DNA from: an uncultured Methanolobus sp.
GTDB taxonomy: Archaea > Halobacteriota > Methanosarcinia > Methanosarcinales > Methanosarcinaceae
Length of the DNA stretch: 64,000 bases
Direction of reading: 5' to 3'
Assembly: GCA_963675495.1 (NCBI GenBank)
Contig: OY776215.1
Span: forward strand, 128,001-192,000
The stretch's first letter is position 1, and each line of letters starts with the position of its first letter. Of the stretch, positions 10,502 through 21,653 are shown piece by piece. Position numbers and translations under genes: made by a program. The notes beneath the pieces were generated by a model. It had not been told where the DNA came from. It made no database searches and saw only the letters and a list, made by a program, of their open reading frames with translations.

Positions 10502-10761
10502 GGTTGAATATCAAAAGTATATAATAGATGCTATTTGGCAAAAGTGACATCTAAAGGTGGACTGGCAACTGAGGTTAAATGTTTTGTCCATTCCACAAAT
10601 AGGTGGCTGAATTTGTGGGAACCTTTGCTTTCATATTTTTATATTGTGGAAATGGCCGAATACCTTTTCCAGATTTTTTTGTTTGATCTTGTTACAAAGC
10701 TATTCCCTGCAAAAACTAGAAATCTAATGCACACAGATTTAATTTTACAGAGGTGTTCTAA

Positions 10762-11397
10762 GTGGATAAAGAAGTCAAGCCTTCAATAAAGGTATCAAAG
10801 AATGGACCATATATTGTAAAAGATCTTAAATTATTCAGGAACTCAAAGAGTGTTTTCATCGAGACAAAACCCGTTATGACACTTTGCAGATGTGGAGGCT
10901 CGGTAAATATGCCATTCTGCGATGGAACACATACAAAGAACGGTTTTTCCGGTGACAATGAAAAAGACCGTGTTGCCAGCAAAGTTGAAACTTACGTCGG
11001 GAAAAATATTAGCATCCACCGTAACAAAGATGTGTGTTGCCATGTAGGTCATTGTGTTCGTACTCTGCCTTCTGTTTTCAAAAAGGGTGAAAAACACTGG
11101 GCATATCCGGATGCTGTAAGCCCGGAAGAGATCGCAAAACTAATCAAGACATGTCCTTCTGGCGCATTGAGCTATACTATTAACGGAGAAATGCATAAAG
11201 AATATCCACATGAGCCGGAAATCTTTGTTCTGAAGGATGGACCTTACAATGTTACAGGGATAGAGCTTAATGACCCCGATGGTTCAGAACCCGAAACCCA
11301 GGACCATTATTCCCTTTGCAGATGTGGAGCCTCTAAAAATAAACCATTCTGTGACGGCAGTCACCGCGATGTTGAATTCAAAGATGATAAGAATTGA
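10762..11397 (+). CDS. CDGSH Fe-S protein with central 4Fe-4S-type domain
   Basis: Two LCRCG..S...PFCDG[TS]H motifs flanking CCHVGHC...CPSGAL. Confidence 0.9.
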   Translation: MDKEVKPSIKVSKNGPYIVKDLKLFRNSKSVFIETKPVMTLCRCGGSVNMPFCDGTHTKNGFSGDNEKDRVASKVETYVGKNISIHRNKDVCCHVGHCVRTLPSVFKKGEKHWAYPDAVSPEEIAKLIKTCPSGALSYTINGEMHKEYPHEPEIFVLKDGPYNVTGIELNDPDGSEPETQDHYSLCRCGASKNKPFCDGSHRDVEFKDDKN

Positions 11398-11503
11398 ATC
11401 TCCTTGATCTTTTGATATAATATTCAAAAGATAACTCTAAGGGCAATAAAACTGCTCTGGATGGTCTTTCTCAAGTAATTTACAGTCATAGGACCGCCAG
11501 TAC

Positions 11504-11516
11504 CTTATATTATAAA
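11504..11516 (+). promoter_or_regulatory. Candidate TATA box for the downstream structured RNA
   Basis: CTTATATTATAAA; its first TTATAT lies ~26 nt before the 5' stem at 11532. Confidence 0.5.
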
Positions 11517-11531
11517 GCACATATAGTCACT

Positions 11532-11778
11532 TGGTTACAAGGGAGTAAGCTGTAAAATGGAGCAGCGTTCAGGGCGGGGAGCACATTGGAACCGTACCAT
11601 AACAAACTTCATTTACGCGTCGTTTGGATGAAGCAAATATTAGGTGAATATAAAGTAAATTTCAGAACGGGATAAAGCTCGTTCACACAGTCGCTTCATC
11701 AACGTATAGCCGAAATGAAGTGAAATTCAGGACGGGATAAAACCCGATCCCGTAATAACCTTCAACACCTTGTGACCA
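11532..11778 (+). ncRNA. Candidate ~250-nt structured non-coding RNA, family unrecognised
   Basis: 11-bp closing stem TGGTTACAAGG/CCTTGTGACCA; three internal hairpin-TTCAG-hairpin modules; G.U wobbles only on the + strand; no ORF in the track. Confidence 0.6.
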
Positions 11779-12587
11779 CCATATTGCTTTTCTGATCGAG
11801 CTTTTGATGTTACACTATTCAGCCTTGCGTTTATTATCTGGCAGACCGGTAAAAATGTAGTTATCGGATTACAAAAGTGGGAATGAGCAATAGAATAAAA
11901 AAATTAAAAATGATTTGTATTCGGATGTAAAGCAATTTATTTTATCTTTGTATGTGATATCCAATTTAATCACCTAAATCAAAACGTATATTTGTTTTTT
12001 GCAACAGAAATTGCGAATATATATCGCTTGAACGTCATTTTTCCTCAATTGTGAAAGTGATATCAAAAGTACGGTTGGACTGCAACACAAGCATTTGCTG
12101 AAATTGTAAATAGCAAAGCAAGAATTTAGAAAATCATCACAGCCTGTACAACATGTTATACATCACATTAGTATATTAAAAATATATGATTAGTGGAGAA
12201 TGAAGATTATCTCTCAGTATCCGATTTTCATATTTATCTTAAAGGATCATTGAGTATGAGTTGCATTACTATGGAGCTGGTCAGTTGTTTGGGGCATAGA
12301 GCATCTATGAGTTATGTGTATATATTTCCAGGTGAATTTTCAGGAGCAATCCTTCCCAGTTGAATCAACTCTCACTTTTATTGATACTTATTCTTTCAGT
12401 AATGACTACTCACAGCAAAAAACAGTGGAGAAGCAAATCATACATACACGCCGGTTACTGTCGATAATAAAACTGTAAGAGAATAATAATAGAGAGTACT
12501 TTTTTCAGAAAATGTAAAAAAGAGTCACGATATCGATTAGCCCACTAAATATTGTGGAGATCCAAAAAAAAGAGAAATGGTAGAGAA

Positions 12588-14051
12588 TCACTCTCTCCAT
12601 TCGTATATGTAGTTCGTTCTGTAGGTTGCTCCATTGCTGTATGTGTAAAGAATTCTGAATGAGCCTCCAAATGCGTTTTCCCACGGTGCATTTGCCTTGA
12701 ATGTACCTTCTTTGATGGTGCCTGTTGCATCCTGCCAGTCCATCTTGAAGTAAGCTCCATACGTTTCATCTTCCAGCTTGTAGTGGCTTGAGGAACCTCT
12801 ATCAATTGGCATTTCAGCCATATCTATGTCAATAGCGCTTGTATCACCAAGTCCAAGTCCGCCAGTTTCCATGAAGGTGGCTTCTTTTGTTACTTTGATT
12901 GAAATCTCTTCTTCAGCAGCATAGAAGTCCTTTGGTTCTTCAGAGATCGTTCTTACCTGTGCAGTTTCGCCTTTGTCCCCGATGTCACTGGTCCAGACAT
13001 TAGCTCTTTCGTAATCTACATCGTAGCTATAGTAGTCATGCGTGCTTACCACCTTGTCACCGTAGTCTTCAACTGTTGTAAGATACCAGCCAGGTACTGT
13101 GTCTGATGTGCTTGTACTAGATGACGATGCTACTCTGGTTCCTGTCCAGCCACCGCTCCATCCTGCACTATCAGAGCCATATCTCCAGTTTCCGGTGAAT
13201 GAATTACCATCACTGCTCAGTTTTAGTTCTGCGTCACCTGCATCGTTTGGTTCTGCGTATGAAGGACTTTCGGACCAGGTTCCTATGAATACATCACCGT
13301 TTACAACACCTTCAAGTCTTCCCTCATCATGTGTGTATTCACCGATGATCTTATCGCCTGATTGTGTGAATGTCATATCGCCCCAGTTCGAAGTCCATTC
13401 TCCTACGAAGCTGTGCGATGTGCTTTCTGCTGTGAATCCGCTTTGTGGAGTTGGTATTTCTTCTGTTGAATCTGCGTTTTCAAAATCTGCTTGCTGGCTG
13501 CCTATCGTTGTACCGTCCAGCAGGTCCAGTGGTATTGAGACTGTTGCTCCGTCTATTATCTCAAATTCTACGGATTCTTCAACTCCTGCTCCACTTATTA
13601 TTACTTTGTAGTCTCCAAGTGGCCAGCCTTCATCTGGTTTTTCAAGAATGAATGTTCCACGTCCAAAGTCTTCACCTGTTTCAGATTCGAAAGTGTGGAT
13701 CGAGTAATCTGTGTCAAGGTATATCCATTCTATACTTATTATGTCGTTCTCGAAGTTATCGTAAATGAACCATGCGTACAATTCTTCTGAATCCTTTGAA
13801 TATTTCAGTACTTTATCGACTGGTATGAAGTTTTGTGTTGCTGATGTCATCATCACTTCAAGAAGTCGTGGTTCGCCTGTGGCTGTCATGTCACCATATT
13901 TATCCGTTACTGCCTCTACGATCTGCTGTTCTTCTTCGGTTGCTCCGAAGCTTCCAGGTTTATATGAGTCACTTATATCCGTACATCCTGAAAATGCTAT
14001 TATGCCTATCAAGAGTAATGCTACTACTATTTTTGATTTCATTTTTACCAT
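12588..14051 (-). CDS. Secreted lipoprotein of unknown function
   Basis: Lipobox IAFSGC; Ig-like N-terminal region; GEWTSNWGDMTFTQSG beta-rich domain; Ser/Thr linkers. Confidence 0.8.
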   Translation of the reverse strand: MVKMKSKIVVALLLIGIIAFSGCTDISDSYKPGSFGATEEEQQIVEAVTDKYGDMTATGEPRLLEVMMTSATQNFIPVDKVLKYSKDSEELYAWFIYDNFENDIISIEWIYLDTDYSIHTFESETGEDFGRGTFILEKPDEGWPLGDYKVIISGAGVEESVEFEIIDGATVSIPLDLLDGTTIGSQQADFENADSTEEIPTPQSGFTAESTSHSFVGEWTSNWGDMTFTQSGDKIIGEYTHDEGRLEGVVNGDVFIGTWSESPSYAEPNDAGDAELKLSSDGNSFTGNWRYGSDSAGWSGGWTGTRVASSSSTSTSDTVPGWYLTTVEDYGDKVVSTHDYYSYDVDYERANVWTSDIGDKGETAQVRTISEEPKDFYAAEEEISIKVTKEATFMETGGLGLGDTSAIDIDMAEMPIDRGSSSHYKLEDETYGAYFKMDWQDATGTIKEGTFKANAPWENAFGGSFRILYTYSNGATYRTNYIYEWRE

Positions 14052-14175
14052 CCAACCATTTTATTTGGTAATTTATTGTCCATTTTATGTTACACTATTT
14101 ATTTATTAACTTTTTGATTTTAATCCGGTAAATGGATTACACGTAATTTAGTAGCATAAGAAATACCGATTTTAT

Positions 14176-14320
14176 GCCTCTGTAGAAATCCTTATTTTAA
14201 CAAAAAATAACCTTGAGATAACCATAAGCTTTTCCCCTCTCCCCCAAACCCCCTCACCCCTTTTTTTTATTACAGGAGTCCCAATAGTAAATGTTTTCTC
14301 ATCCTCATTTCATTTAGTGT
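14176..14320. mobile_element. IS5-like left end / MITE remnant
   Basis: GCCTCTGTAGAAATCC followed by the block shared with 3277-3420. Confidence 0.7.
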
Positions 14321-14471
14321 AAAACTACACTTAGAAAACCCACTAGCTTTCTTTCTTACCTGAACTTTTGAAAATTCCGATGTTTTCGTCCTTGCCCGGT
14401 AAATTTCTTCGAGAAATCCTATGTATTAAGCAATATTTTAGTGATTACTTTTCAATTCATTGCAATCATTT

Positions 14472-16628
14472 CTACTTCACCATTTCAAGAGAGACTCTCT
14501 TTAAGGCAACATCAACATCCAAAACCTTGACAACTACAGTATCGCCAACAGAAACTATATCGTTGGGATCTTTTACAAAGCTGTCATTCAATTTTGAAAT
14601 ATGGATAAGTCCGTCCTGATGAACACCTATATCGACAAAAGCACCGAAATTCGTCACATTGGTTATATTACCTTCAAGTATCATATCCTCTGCCAAATCC
14701 TCCAGATGGTTGATCTCTGAAGAAAATTCCACGCTTTTAAACTCTTTTCTAGGATCAATACCCGGCTTCTTCAATTCATTCAGTATATCTGTCAACGTAG
14801 GAATTCCGAAATCTTTTGTTACATATTTATCAATATCTATCAATGATATTAATTTCTCATTCCCAATTATCTGATCGAGACTGACTTTTCTGTCGGCAGC
14901 CATTTTTTCGACAATATGGTACGTCTCAGGATGGATCGCAGAATTATCAAGTGGGTTAGAACTAGCCCGTATTCTCAAAAAACCGGCACATTGCTCAAAT
15001 GTTCTTGGGCCCAGTCTGGACACCTTATTAAGCTCCTTTCTGCTCTTAAAAGAGCCGTGTTCAGTTCTGTATAGTACGATATTCTCAGCAATTGCTCTTT
15101 TGATACCTGATGCATATGACAACAATTCAACTGAGGCAGTATTGAGCTCGACCCCCACATAGTTAACGCAGGATTCAACTGTCATATCAAGGAATCTCTT
15201 TAATTCTTTCTGGTCAATATCATGCTGATACTGGCCCACACCTATTGATTTAGGATCAATTTTTACCAATTCCGCAAGCGGATCCTGTAGTCTTCTGGCA
15301 ATACTGATAGCACCCCTGACTGTTACGTCCATATCAGGGAATTCTCGAATGGCATTTTCAGATGCAGAATAAACCGACGCTCCTGCCTCACTGACCACAA
15401 CTGACCTTACGTTGAGCTTGTGCCTGTTTATAATATCCCTGACAAAAATATCGGTTTCCTTAGAAGCAGTACCATTTCCAATTGAGATAAGCTCGACTTC
15501 ATATTGCTCAATTAGATTCTGGAGAATTCTGGATGCTTCATCCTCTCTTTTTTGAGGCTCATGTGGATAGATTACATTAAATTTCTTAAAATCGCCTTTT
15601 TTGTCGATTACAACAACCTTACATCCTGACCGGTAACCGGGGTCTATACCCATTATTATTCTACCGCCGGCAGGAGGCGATAGAAGCAGATTTTTGAGGT
15701 TCCTTGAAAACACCTTTATGGCTTCTTTTTCAGCATCCTCCATCTTGAGGTTGAATACTTCTTTTTCAATGGAAGGGAATATCAGTCTTTTAAAACTATC
15801 TTTTACTGAATCCTTGATTTCCGCGGTGAATAAAAAGTCACTTCTTTTAACAATATCTGACTCGATCAGCCCTATTATGCGCTCTTCATCAACTTCAATC
15901 TTCCAGGTGAGTACACCCTCTGCTGATCCACGTCGAATCGCAAGCATCCTGTGAGATGGTGATTTTCGTATTAATTCAGAAAAATCATAATAATTCTGGA
16001 ACTTTGATTTTTTTTCGATCCAGTCTTTCTTTGCTTTTGAGGAGATAAAACCCCTTTTCTGAATAATATTTCTTACCAATCCTCGCGTGGACTCGTTGTT
16101 TGATATCAGTTCAGCAATAATGTCCAAAGCGCCGGTTAGGGCATCTTCGTATGTCTGTACTCCTTTTTTTGGATCAATATATTTTGAGACGATTGATTTT
16201 TTTGTTCCCTTTATATTTTGCTGAAGGTATATCAGATCAGCAAGCGGCCCAAGACCCTTTTCTTTTGCAATGGTAGCCCGTGTCATTTTTCTGGGCTTGA
16301 AAGGGAGATACATGTCCTCAAGCATGTTTTTATCGGTACAACCAAGTATCTTCTGCTTAAGTTCAAGGGTTAGCTTATCCTGGCCTTCAATTGTCTTTAA
16401 AATGATTTCTTTTCTTTTTTCGAGCTCTTTATAATATTCATATTTTTCAGATATGGAGCGGATATCAGTCTCATCCAGACCCTGGGTTTTTTCTTTTCGG
16501 TACCTTGCAATAAAAGGGATGGTTGCCCCATCTTCTAAAAGTTCAATTGTATATTTAATTGAAAGGCCATTTAATCCAAGATCTTTTGCAATATTACTTA
16601 TAATAAATTGTGAACTCATCCGGCACAT
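14472..16628 (-). CDS. tex: Tex family RNA-binding transcription accessory protein
   Basis: ATIPFIARYRKE, GIDPG (YqgF-like), SIARRLQDPLAELVKIDPKSIGVGQYQHD, HhH, S1 domain. Confidence 0.96.
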   Translation of the reverse strand: MCRMSSQFIISNIAKDLGLNGLSIKYTIELLEDGATIPFIARYRKEKTQGLDETDIRSISEKYEYYKELEKRKEIILKTIEGQDKLTLELKQKILGCTDKNMLEDMYLPFKPRKMTRATIAKEKGLGPLADLIYLQQNIKGTKKSIVSKYIDPKKGVQTYEDALTGALDIIAELISNNESTRGLVRNIIQKRGFISSKAKKDWIEKKSKFQNYYDFSELIRKSPSHRMLAIRRGSAEGVLTWKIEVDEERIIGLIESDIVKRSDFLFTAEIKDSVKDSFKRLIFPSIEKEVFNLKMEDAEKEAIKVFSRNLKNLLLSPPAGGRIIMGIDPGYRSGCKVVVIDKKGDFKKFNVIYPHEPQKREDEASRILQNLIEQYEVELISIGNGTASKETDIFVRDIINRHKLNVRSVVVSEAGASVYSASENAIREFPDMDVTVRGAISIARRLQDPLAELVKIDPKSIGVGQYQHDIDQKELKRFLDMTVESCVNYVGVELNTASVELLSYASGIKRAIAENIVLYRTEHGSFKSRKELNKVSRLGPRTFEQCAGFLRIRASSNPLDNSAIHPETYHIVEKMAADRKVSLDQIIGNEKLISLIDIDKYVTKDFGIPTLTDILNELKKPGIDPRKEFKSVEFSSEINHLEDLAEDMILEGNITNVTNFGAFVDIGVHQDGLIHISKLNDSFVKDPNDIVSVGDTVVVKVLDVDVALKRVSLEMVK

Positions 16629-16797
16629 CCTGTATTAATAAATAGTATTTTTGTAAAAATACTCTACGTTTTCTAATTCTTCAATTGTTGATGTACTTGC
16701 ATCCATTGCATTACCTATTTTTATAGATTGGTATTTTCCATAGATGTCTGGGGAATGATTCGCATATATGTACAGCCCACCACAAAAAACAGGCACA

Positions 16798-16947
16798 ATT
16801 TGAACAAAAAAAACAACCTTGAAATCTTCTCAATAGGATTTTCCCCTCTCCCCCAAACCCTCTCACCCCTTTTTTTTTATTTACAGGAGCACCCATAGTA
16901 AACGTTTTCTCATCTCTCGTCGAAATATCGAAGATTTCTACAGAGCC
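16798..16947. mobile_element. IS5-like MITE remnant with right end
   Basis: Shared C/T-rich block plus ATTTCTACAGAGCC at 16934-16947. Confidence 0.7.
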
Positions 16948-17000
16948 TGAATATAATTGAAACTCAACCTCTACTATTTGTATTGCTTATGGGTAACAGG

Positions 17001-17165
17001 CTTCTGAACTCATTTTTTTGCATTAGACTATTTGAGGAAGATGCTGGATTCAGAAGGGTTTGAGAACATCGAATGTTTTGATGATGTGCTGCCGGATATT
17101 GATATGTGGAATGGGAGAATGTGTTGTTTTGTAAAGCTAGGAAGGTTATTGGGGAAATGGATGCC
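17001..17165 (+). pseudogene. Degenerate duplicate of the 3' end of the methyltransferase gene (21496-21658)
   Basis: Near-identical GAGGAAGATGCTGGA...ACATCGAATGTTTTGATGATGT...GATATGTGGAA...AATGTGTTGTTTTGTA. Confidence 0.8.
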
Positions 17166-17356
17166 TGAGTGTGTCTGTTTCTTGTTTTTTCAGACTAAAT
17201 AAGGATCACTGGCTATGAAACAGACAATAATCATGATTTCTCTGACATTCATGGAAGCAAACAAGGCATACCGATCCCTATATTATAATATGTATAGATT
17301 ATATCTACGTTAAATTTTTAACAGAATATATATATCATTACTTTGATAGGCAATAT

Positions 17357-18655
17357 ATGCTTAAAATTAAGACTGTTCTATTAATTATAATTACCACGTT
17401 TGTTTTGATTAGTGCAGGCTGCATAGAAGATTCTGTTTCAGATATCAAGAGTGCAATAAGTACAGATTCAACTGTGGATATCACTACAACATTAAATGCA
17501 AACTCTGCTGAAAATTATGAGATGGCAGCAGCAAACAATGCTTTTGCTTTTGATATGTATGGCAACCTGAAGAATAACAGTGAAAATGTTTTCTTTTCCC
17601 CTTACAGCATATTCACTGCAATGGCAATGTGTTATGATGGTGCTGAAGGTTCTACAAAAGAACAGATGGCAAATGTATTCTATTTTCCTCTCAACAAGAA
17701 TGTTTTAGAAATGAGTTTTGGTGAAATGATCGCTACGACTAATTCAAAATCAGATTACTATGGACTTGAAAGCTATGAACTTGAGACTGCAAATGCATTG
17801 TGGATAAACGAATTTTATCCAATAAAGGAACAATACATTTCCAGTGTTGAAGATCATTTTTATGGGAATGCAAGGAGTATGGACTTTGCCGGTAATCCTG
17901 GAGGTTCAAAGGATACTATCAATAAATGGGTAGAAGAAAAAACGAATGATAAAATAAGTAATATCATTCCAGATGGTATGATCAATAAAAATACCCGATT
18001 AATAATCACAAACGCAGTTTACTTCAATGGAAAATGGAAATACGAATTTGATGAAGACTACACATCTGAAAGAGAATTTTATCCCTCTGAGGATGAGACG
18101 ATCCTTGCTGAAACAATGTTTATACAAAAACATTTTAATTATGGTGAAAGGTCAGGTGCAAAGATATTGGAATTACCATACAAAGGCAACGATCTTACCA
18201 TGTATGTTGTTCTTCCAGATAATAATGATATCAAAAATTTTGAGGCTGATTTCTCAGTCAGGGAATATGAGAAACTTAAATCCAAGATAGATTCAGAATA
18301 TGATGTCAAGGTATGGATACCCAAATTCAAGTTTGAGACCAAGACTGAATTATCTAACTCACTTCAGGAAATGGGAGTCACAGACGCTTTTGGTCCTGCA
18401 AACTTCTCTGGTATTTCGGATAAGGATCTGGTAATATCCGAGGTAATCCATAAGGCTTTTGTGGATGTCCAGGAACAAGGAACTGAAGCAGCAGCAGCAA
18501 CAGCCGTTGAATTTGAAATAGACGATGCAATGGGACCCGAACCTGAACAAAAAATAAGGGAATTCAAAGCTGACCATCCATTCATTTTCTTCATTGAGGA
18601 TAAGAGAACAAATTGTATACTTTTCATGGGAAAGATTGAATATCCTGAATATTAG
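17357..18655 (+). CDS. Serpin, predicted lipoprotein
   Basis: Lipobox ISAGC; NVFFSPYSI, NAVYFNGKW, hinge EQGTEAAAATA, FKADHPFIF. Confidence 0.95.
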   Translation: MLKIKTVLLIIITTFVLISAGCIEDSVSDIKSAISTDSTVDITTTLNANSAENYEMAAANNAFAFDMYGNLKNNSENVFFSPYSIFTAMAMCYDGAEGSTKEQMANVFYFPLNKNVLEMSFGEMIATTNSKSDYYGLESYELETANALWINEFYPIKEQYISSVEDHFYGNARSMDFAGNPGGSKDTINKWVEEKTNDKISNIIPDGMINKNTRLIITNAVYFNGKWKYEFDEDYTSEREFYPSEDETILAETMFIQKHFNYGERSGAKILELPYKGNDLTMYVVLPDNNDIKNFEADFSVREYEKLKSKIDSEYDVKVWIPKFKFETKTELSNSLQEMGVTDAFGPANFSGISDKDLVISEVIHKAFVDVQEQGTEAAAATAVEFEIDDAMGPEPEQKIREFKADHPFIFFIEDKRTNCILFMGKIEYPEY

Positions 18656-18715
18656 GAAATGTCATTATGATATTTTCAATTTTATGATTGCATATAAATT
18701 TAGACAGAGGTAAGC

Positions 18716-20599
18716 ATGGGTTTAAGCAATATGAATTTAAAAAAAGTTAGAATGCTAATAATTCTGATTCTTTCTATAATGCTTTTTGCTTCGACGATTA
18801 TTGTCGCATCGGCAGCTACAACTTATGAGTTTCAGGACCCTGAGGGGAAATATATTTTCAAGCTTACTTTTCCCGATGGGGATATAGTAGGATATGATCC
18901 TGTCTGTCATGTTGAAAATTGGGGTGATTATGTCAAATTATCTGTTGATCAGACAGGGGAAAATCAGGAGGATGGAGTTAATGCCAAAATTGAAGTTGAA
19001 GGAGTAGATGCTAAAGAATGGCAACTCATCAAGCGAAGTGCTCCGATAAAGCGATATTATGATTCAAATAACGAGTTTACTTTACCCTATAGTTCAGGTT
19101 GTGAGGAGCTTCATCACTGCGGAGTACATGCACTTTACTCTGTGCAGGTAGCGAGTAAAGCATCCAATGGTCCTGCAGTTTTCCGTTTTACCTTAGTGGC
19201 TTCAGAGGATGAAACGGATGATTTCTTTATTGTTCCGGCATATGAAGAGATAAAATGCGGTGAAACGATTGATTTCACCCTGAAAAAAGAAAGGAATGGC
19301 ATCTATTCAGATGTAGATGACAGTGATGTCGAATGGATTATTAGACAATCCAGATCGCTTAGTGATTTTAGAATGAACGTAATTATAGGAACAATTGATA
19401 ATGCAGGTATTTTAAAATCAGATGCTGGTGTTTTCACTTCTCAGGATCTCGGTAGCTGCACTGTTTTTGCCAGAATGGATGGGGAGATCAAAGCCTATGC
19501 TGAAGTAGATGTAAAATGTCCCTGTGAAGATGAAGGAGATCTTGATGAAGTAATTCGCCTCTATAAGCTCCGTATTTCAGAAGGTCCGTATCAAAAAGAC
19601 CTGATAGACGGAAAAGAATGGACTACTCTTGGTCTTGGTCCTGGCAGAGTAACAAACATGTATTCTATCATCGATAGTGACTACGGAGATTTTGTCTGTG
19701 GAGCATATCAGTACAAAGTTTTGGTGTTTCTGAGCAATATGAGGTCCACACCAGAAGAATGCCATCTTTTGAACGGATATGATTTCGGACCGATAGAAGG
19801 CTCATTCAGTGGACACCATGCGGTGGTGGTTTACCCAAGAGGTACTGACTGGAAGAAGACCGGAACGGTATTTGATCCATGGCCTCAACAGAAACCGGAG
19901 GTAATGTCCATTGGTGACTGGGAAAACACCTTCTGGACTATTGCAGGTGATACATCTCCTGCCTATAGGAATGAATATAACACCACCAAAAATCCGGATG
20001 ATTACGACTATGCTTATTGGAATAGAGCTTGGAATGCTTTTAGTGTTGCTGGAGAATTTGCCCAGAGAACAGGTGCATTGGTGGGCTTTGGACAATGTCC
20101 GGTAAACATTCTGATCACTGACAGTAGTGGCCGTCAGATGGGTGCTGTTGGCGATGATGATATGGTATTTGATATCCCAGGTGCTTTCATTACAAGAATG
20201 TCTGATGAAGAAGGAGGATATCTATGGTATTTTACTCTCCCGGCAACAGATGAATATGATGTTGATATAACAGCATTTGATGACGGCGAGTTTGACTTCT
20301 TTGTTTTGAACAGCAATACAGAACAGTTACAACTGTATGGTGAACATCCAATTCAAAAAGGTGAGACCGCAGAAGTTGAACTGAGCTCAGATGACCCAAC
20401 AACGCCAATGACATTGCCTGATAACTCAGAAGTAATTCCAATTCTGGAAGAAATTGTCGTTCCTGAAATATCCGATAAATCTAATAGCCCTGATAACCCA
20501 AATAATCCTTCAGTGGTCAAAGATAAAGGGCTTCCGGGTTTTGAACTCTGGATAGCGACTTTTATGATTTTTCTGGTGATGCTGGTAAGAAGACCATAA
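18716..20599 (+). CDS. PGF-CTERM-anchored surface protein with putative Cys-His-Asp domain
   Basis: Signal peptide; C-terminal LPGFE-TM-RR; internal CGAYQ...HHAVVVY...VFDPW. Confidence 0.75.
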   Translation: MGLSNMNLKKVRMLIILILSIMLFASTIIVASAATTYEFQDPEGKYIFKLTFPDGDIVGYDPVCHVENWGDYVKLSVDQTGENQEDGVNAKIEVEGVDAKEWQLIKRSAPIKRYYDSNNEFTLPYSSGCEELHHCGVHALYSVQVASKASNGPAVFRFTLVASEDETDDFFIVPAYEEIKCGETIDFTLKKERNGIYSDVDDSDVEWIIRQSRSLSDFRMNVIIGTIDNAGILKSDAGVFTSQDLGSCTVFARMDGEIKAYAEVDVKCPCEDEGDLDEVIRLYKLRISEGPYQKDLIDGKEWTTLGLGPGRVTNMYSIIDSDYGDFVCGAYQYKVLVFLSNMRSTPEECHLLNGYDFGPIEGSFSGHHAVVVYPRGTDWKKTGTVFDPWPQQKPEVMSIGDWENTFWTIAGDTSPAYRNEYNTTKNPDDYDYAYWNRAWNAFSVAGEFAQRTGALVGFGQCPVNILITDSSGRQMGAVGDDDMVFDIPGAFITRMSDEEGGYLWYFTLPATDEYDVDITAFDDGEFDFFVLNSNTEQLQLYGEHPIQKGETAEVELSSDDPTTPMTLPDNSEVIPILEEIVVPEISDKSNSPDNPNNPSVVKDKGLPGFELWIATFMIFLVMLVRRP

Positions 20600-20805
20600 G
20601 CAAAAATGCAGGAAGTGGCATTTTATCGGACCACTTTCTTTTTATCCAGAAAATAATATTCTGTCCTGTACACCACAAATATTATAGTATTCACTGACCT
20701 ATTCATTCTGATGAACAACAACTAAGCATCCTGTTCTATTGAAGTTGTCAGCGGTTAATCGAAGATTTAGAGTCCCGGGACTTATCCCTAAAGGAGGGCT
20801 CACTT

Positions 20806-21653
20806 ATGAATTTAACAGATATTATTGAATTTACACAGAAGCCACAGCTATACGTTGAAGGAAATGCAGTTATGTGGACAGATGCCCACATTTCAGAACA
20901 GTTGTTGAACATCCATCTTAACCCGGATATCGATCTGGCAAGCCGGAGAAAATCAAGTATTGAGAGTACGGTTGACTGGATTCTCAATTCGGTGAAAAAA
21001 AAACAGATGACCATACTAGACCTCGGATGCGGCCCGGCCTGTATTGTGAGATGATGGCTGAAAAAGGTCATAGGATCACAGGCATAGATTTCTCAAAGAA
21101 TTCCATCGAGTATGCCAGAAAGGAAGCCACAAAGAAAAATCTGGACATTGAGTATGTGAACCAGAACTACCTCGAACTCAACGAGGAGAACAGGTGTGAC
21201 CTTGTGATAATGGTCTTCACCGATTTCGGTGTCCTGAAGCCACATGAAAGAGATATACTCATCAGGAACGTCCAGAGGGCTTTAAAGCCGGGGGGAAACT
21301 TTATCTTTGATGTCCTGAGCGACAGAAATCTTGACAAGAAAGTTTCGGACAAGACATGGGAGATGGAAGAGAGCGGTTTCTGGAAGGACAGTCCATATCT
21401 GTTACTCTCAGATTCTTTCCTGTATTCAGATGAGAAGCTAATACTGTATCAAAATATAGTGATGGATGAATCCGGTATTTTCGATGTCTATCGCTTCTGG
21501 ACTCATTTCTTTGTGTTTGAGGATTTGAGGAAGATGCTGGAACCAGAAGGCTTTGAGGACATCGAATGTTTTGATGATGTATTGCCGGAGATTGATATGT
21601 GGAACGGGGGGAATGTGTTGTTTTGTAGGGCGAGGAAGGTTGTTGGGAGATGA
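20806..21653 (+). pseudogene. Class I SAM-dependent methyltransferase split by a 1-bp deletion
   Basis: ILDLGCGP|GLY motif broken at ~21035; the two ORFs join into one MTase. Confidence 0.85.

Noticed and set aside
11532-11778. SRP RNA, RNase P RNA or hammerhead ribozyme identity
   Set aside because: No SRP helix-8 motif, no GAGGAAAGUCC, no CUGANGA/GAAA core recognised on either strand.
16711-16896. 61-aa Cys-containing ORF
   Set aside because: It reads through the non-coding MITE repeat.
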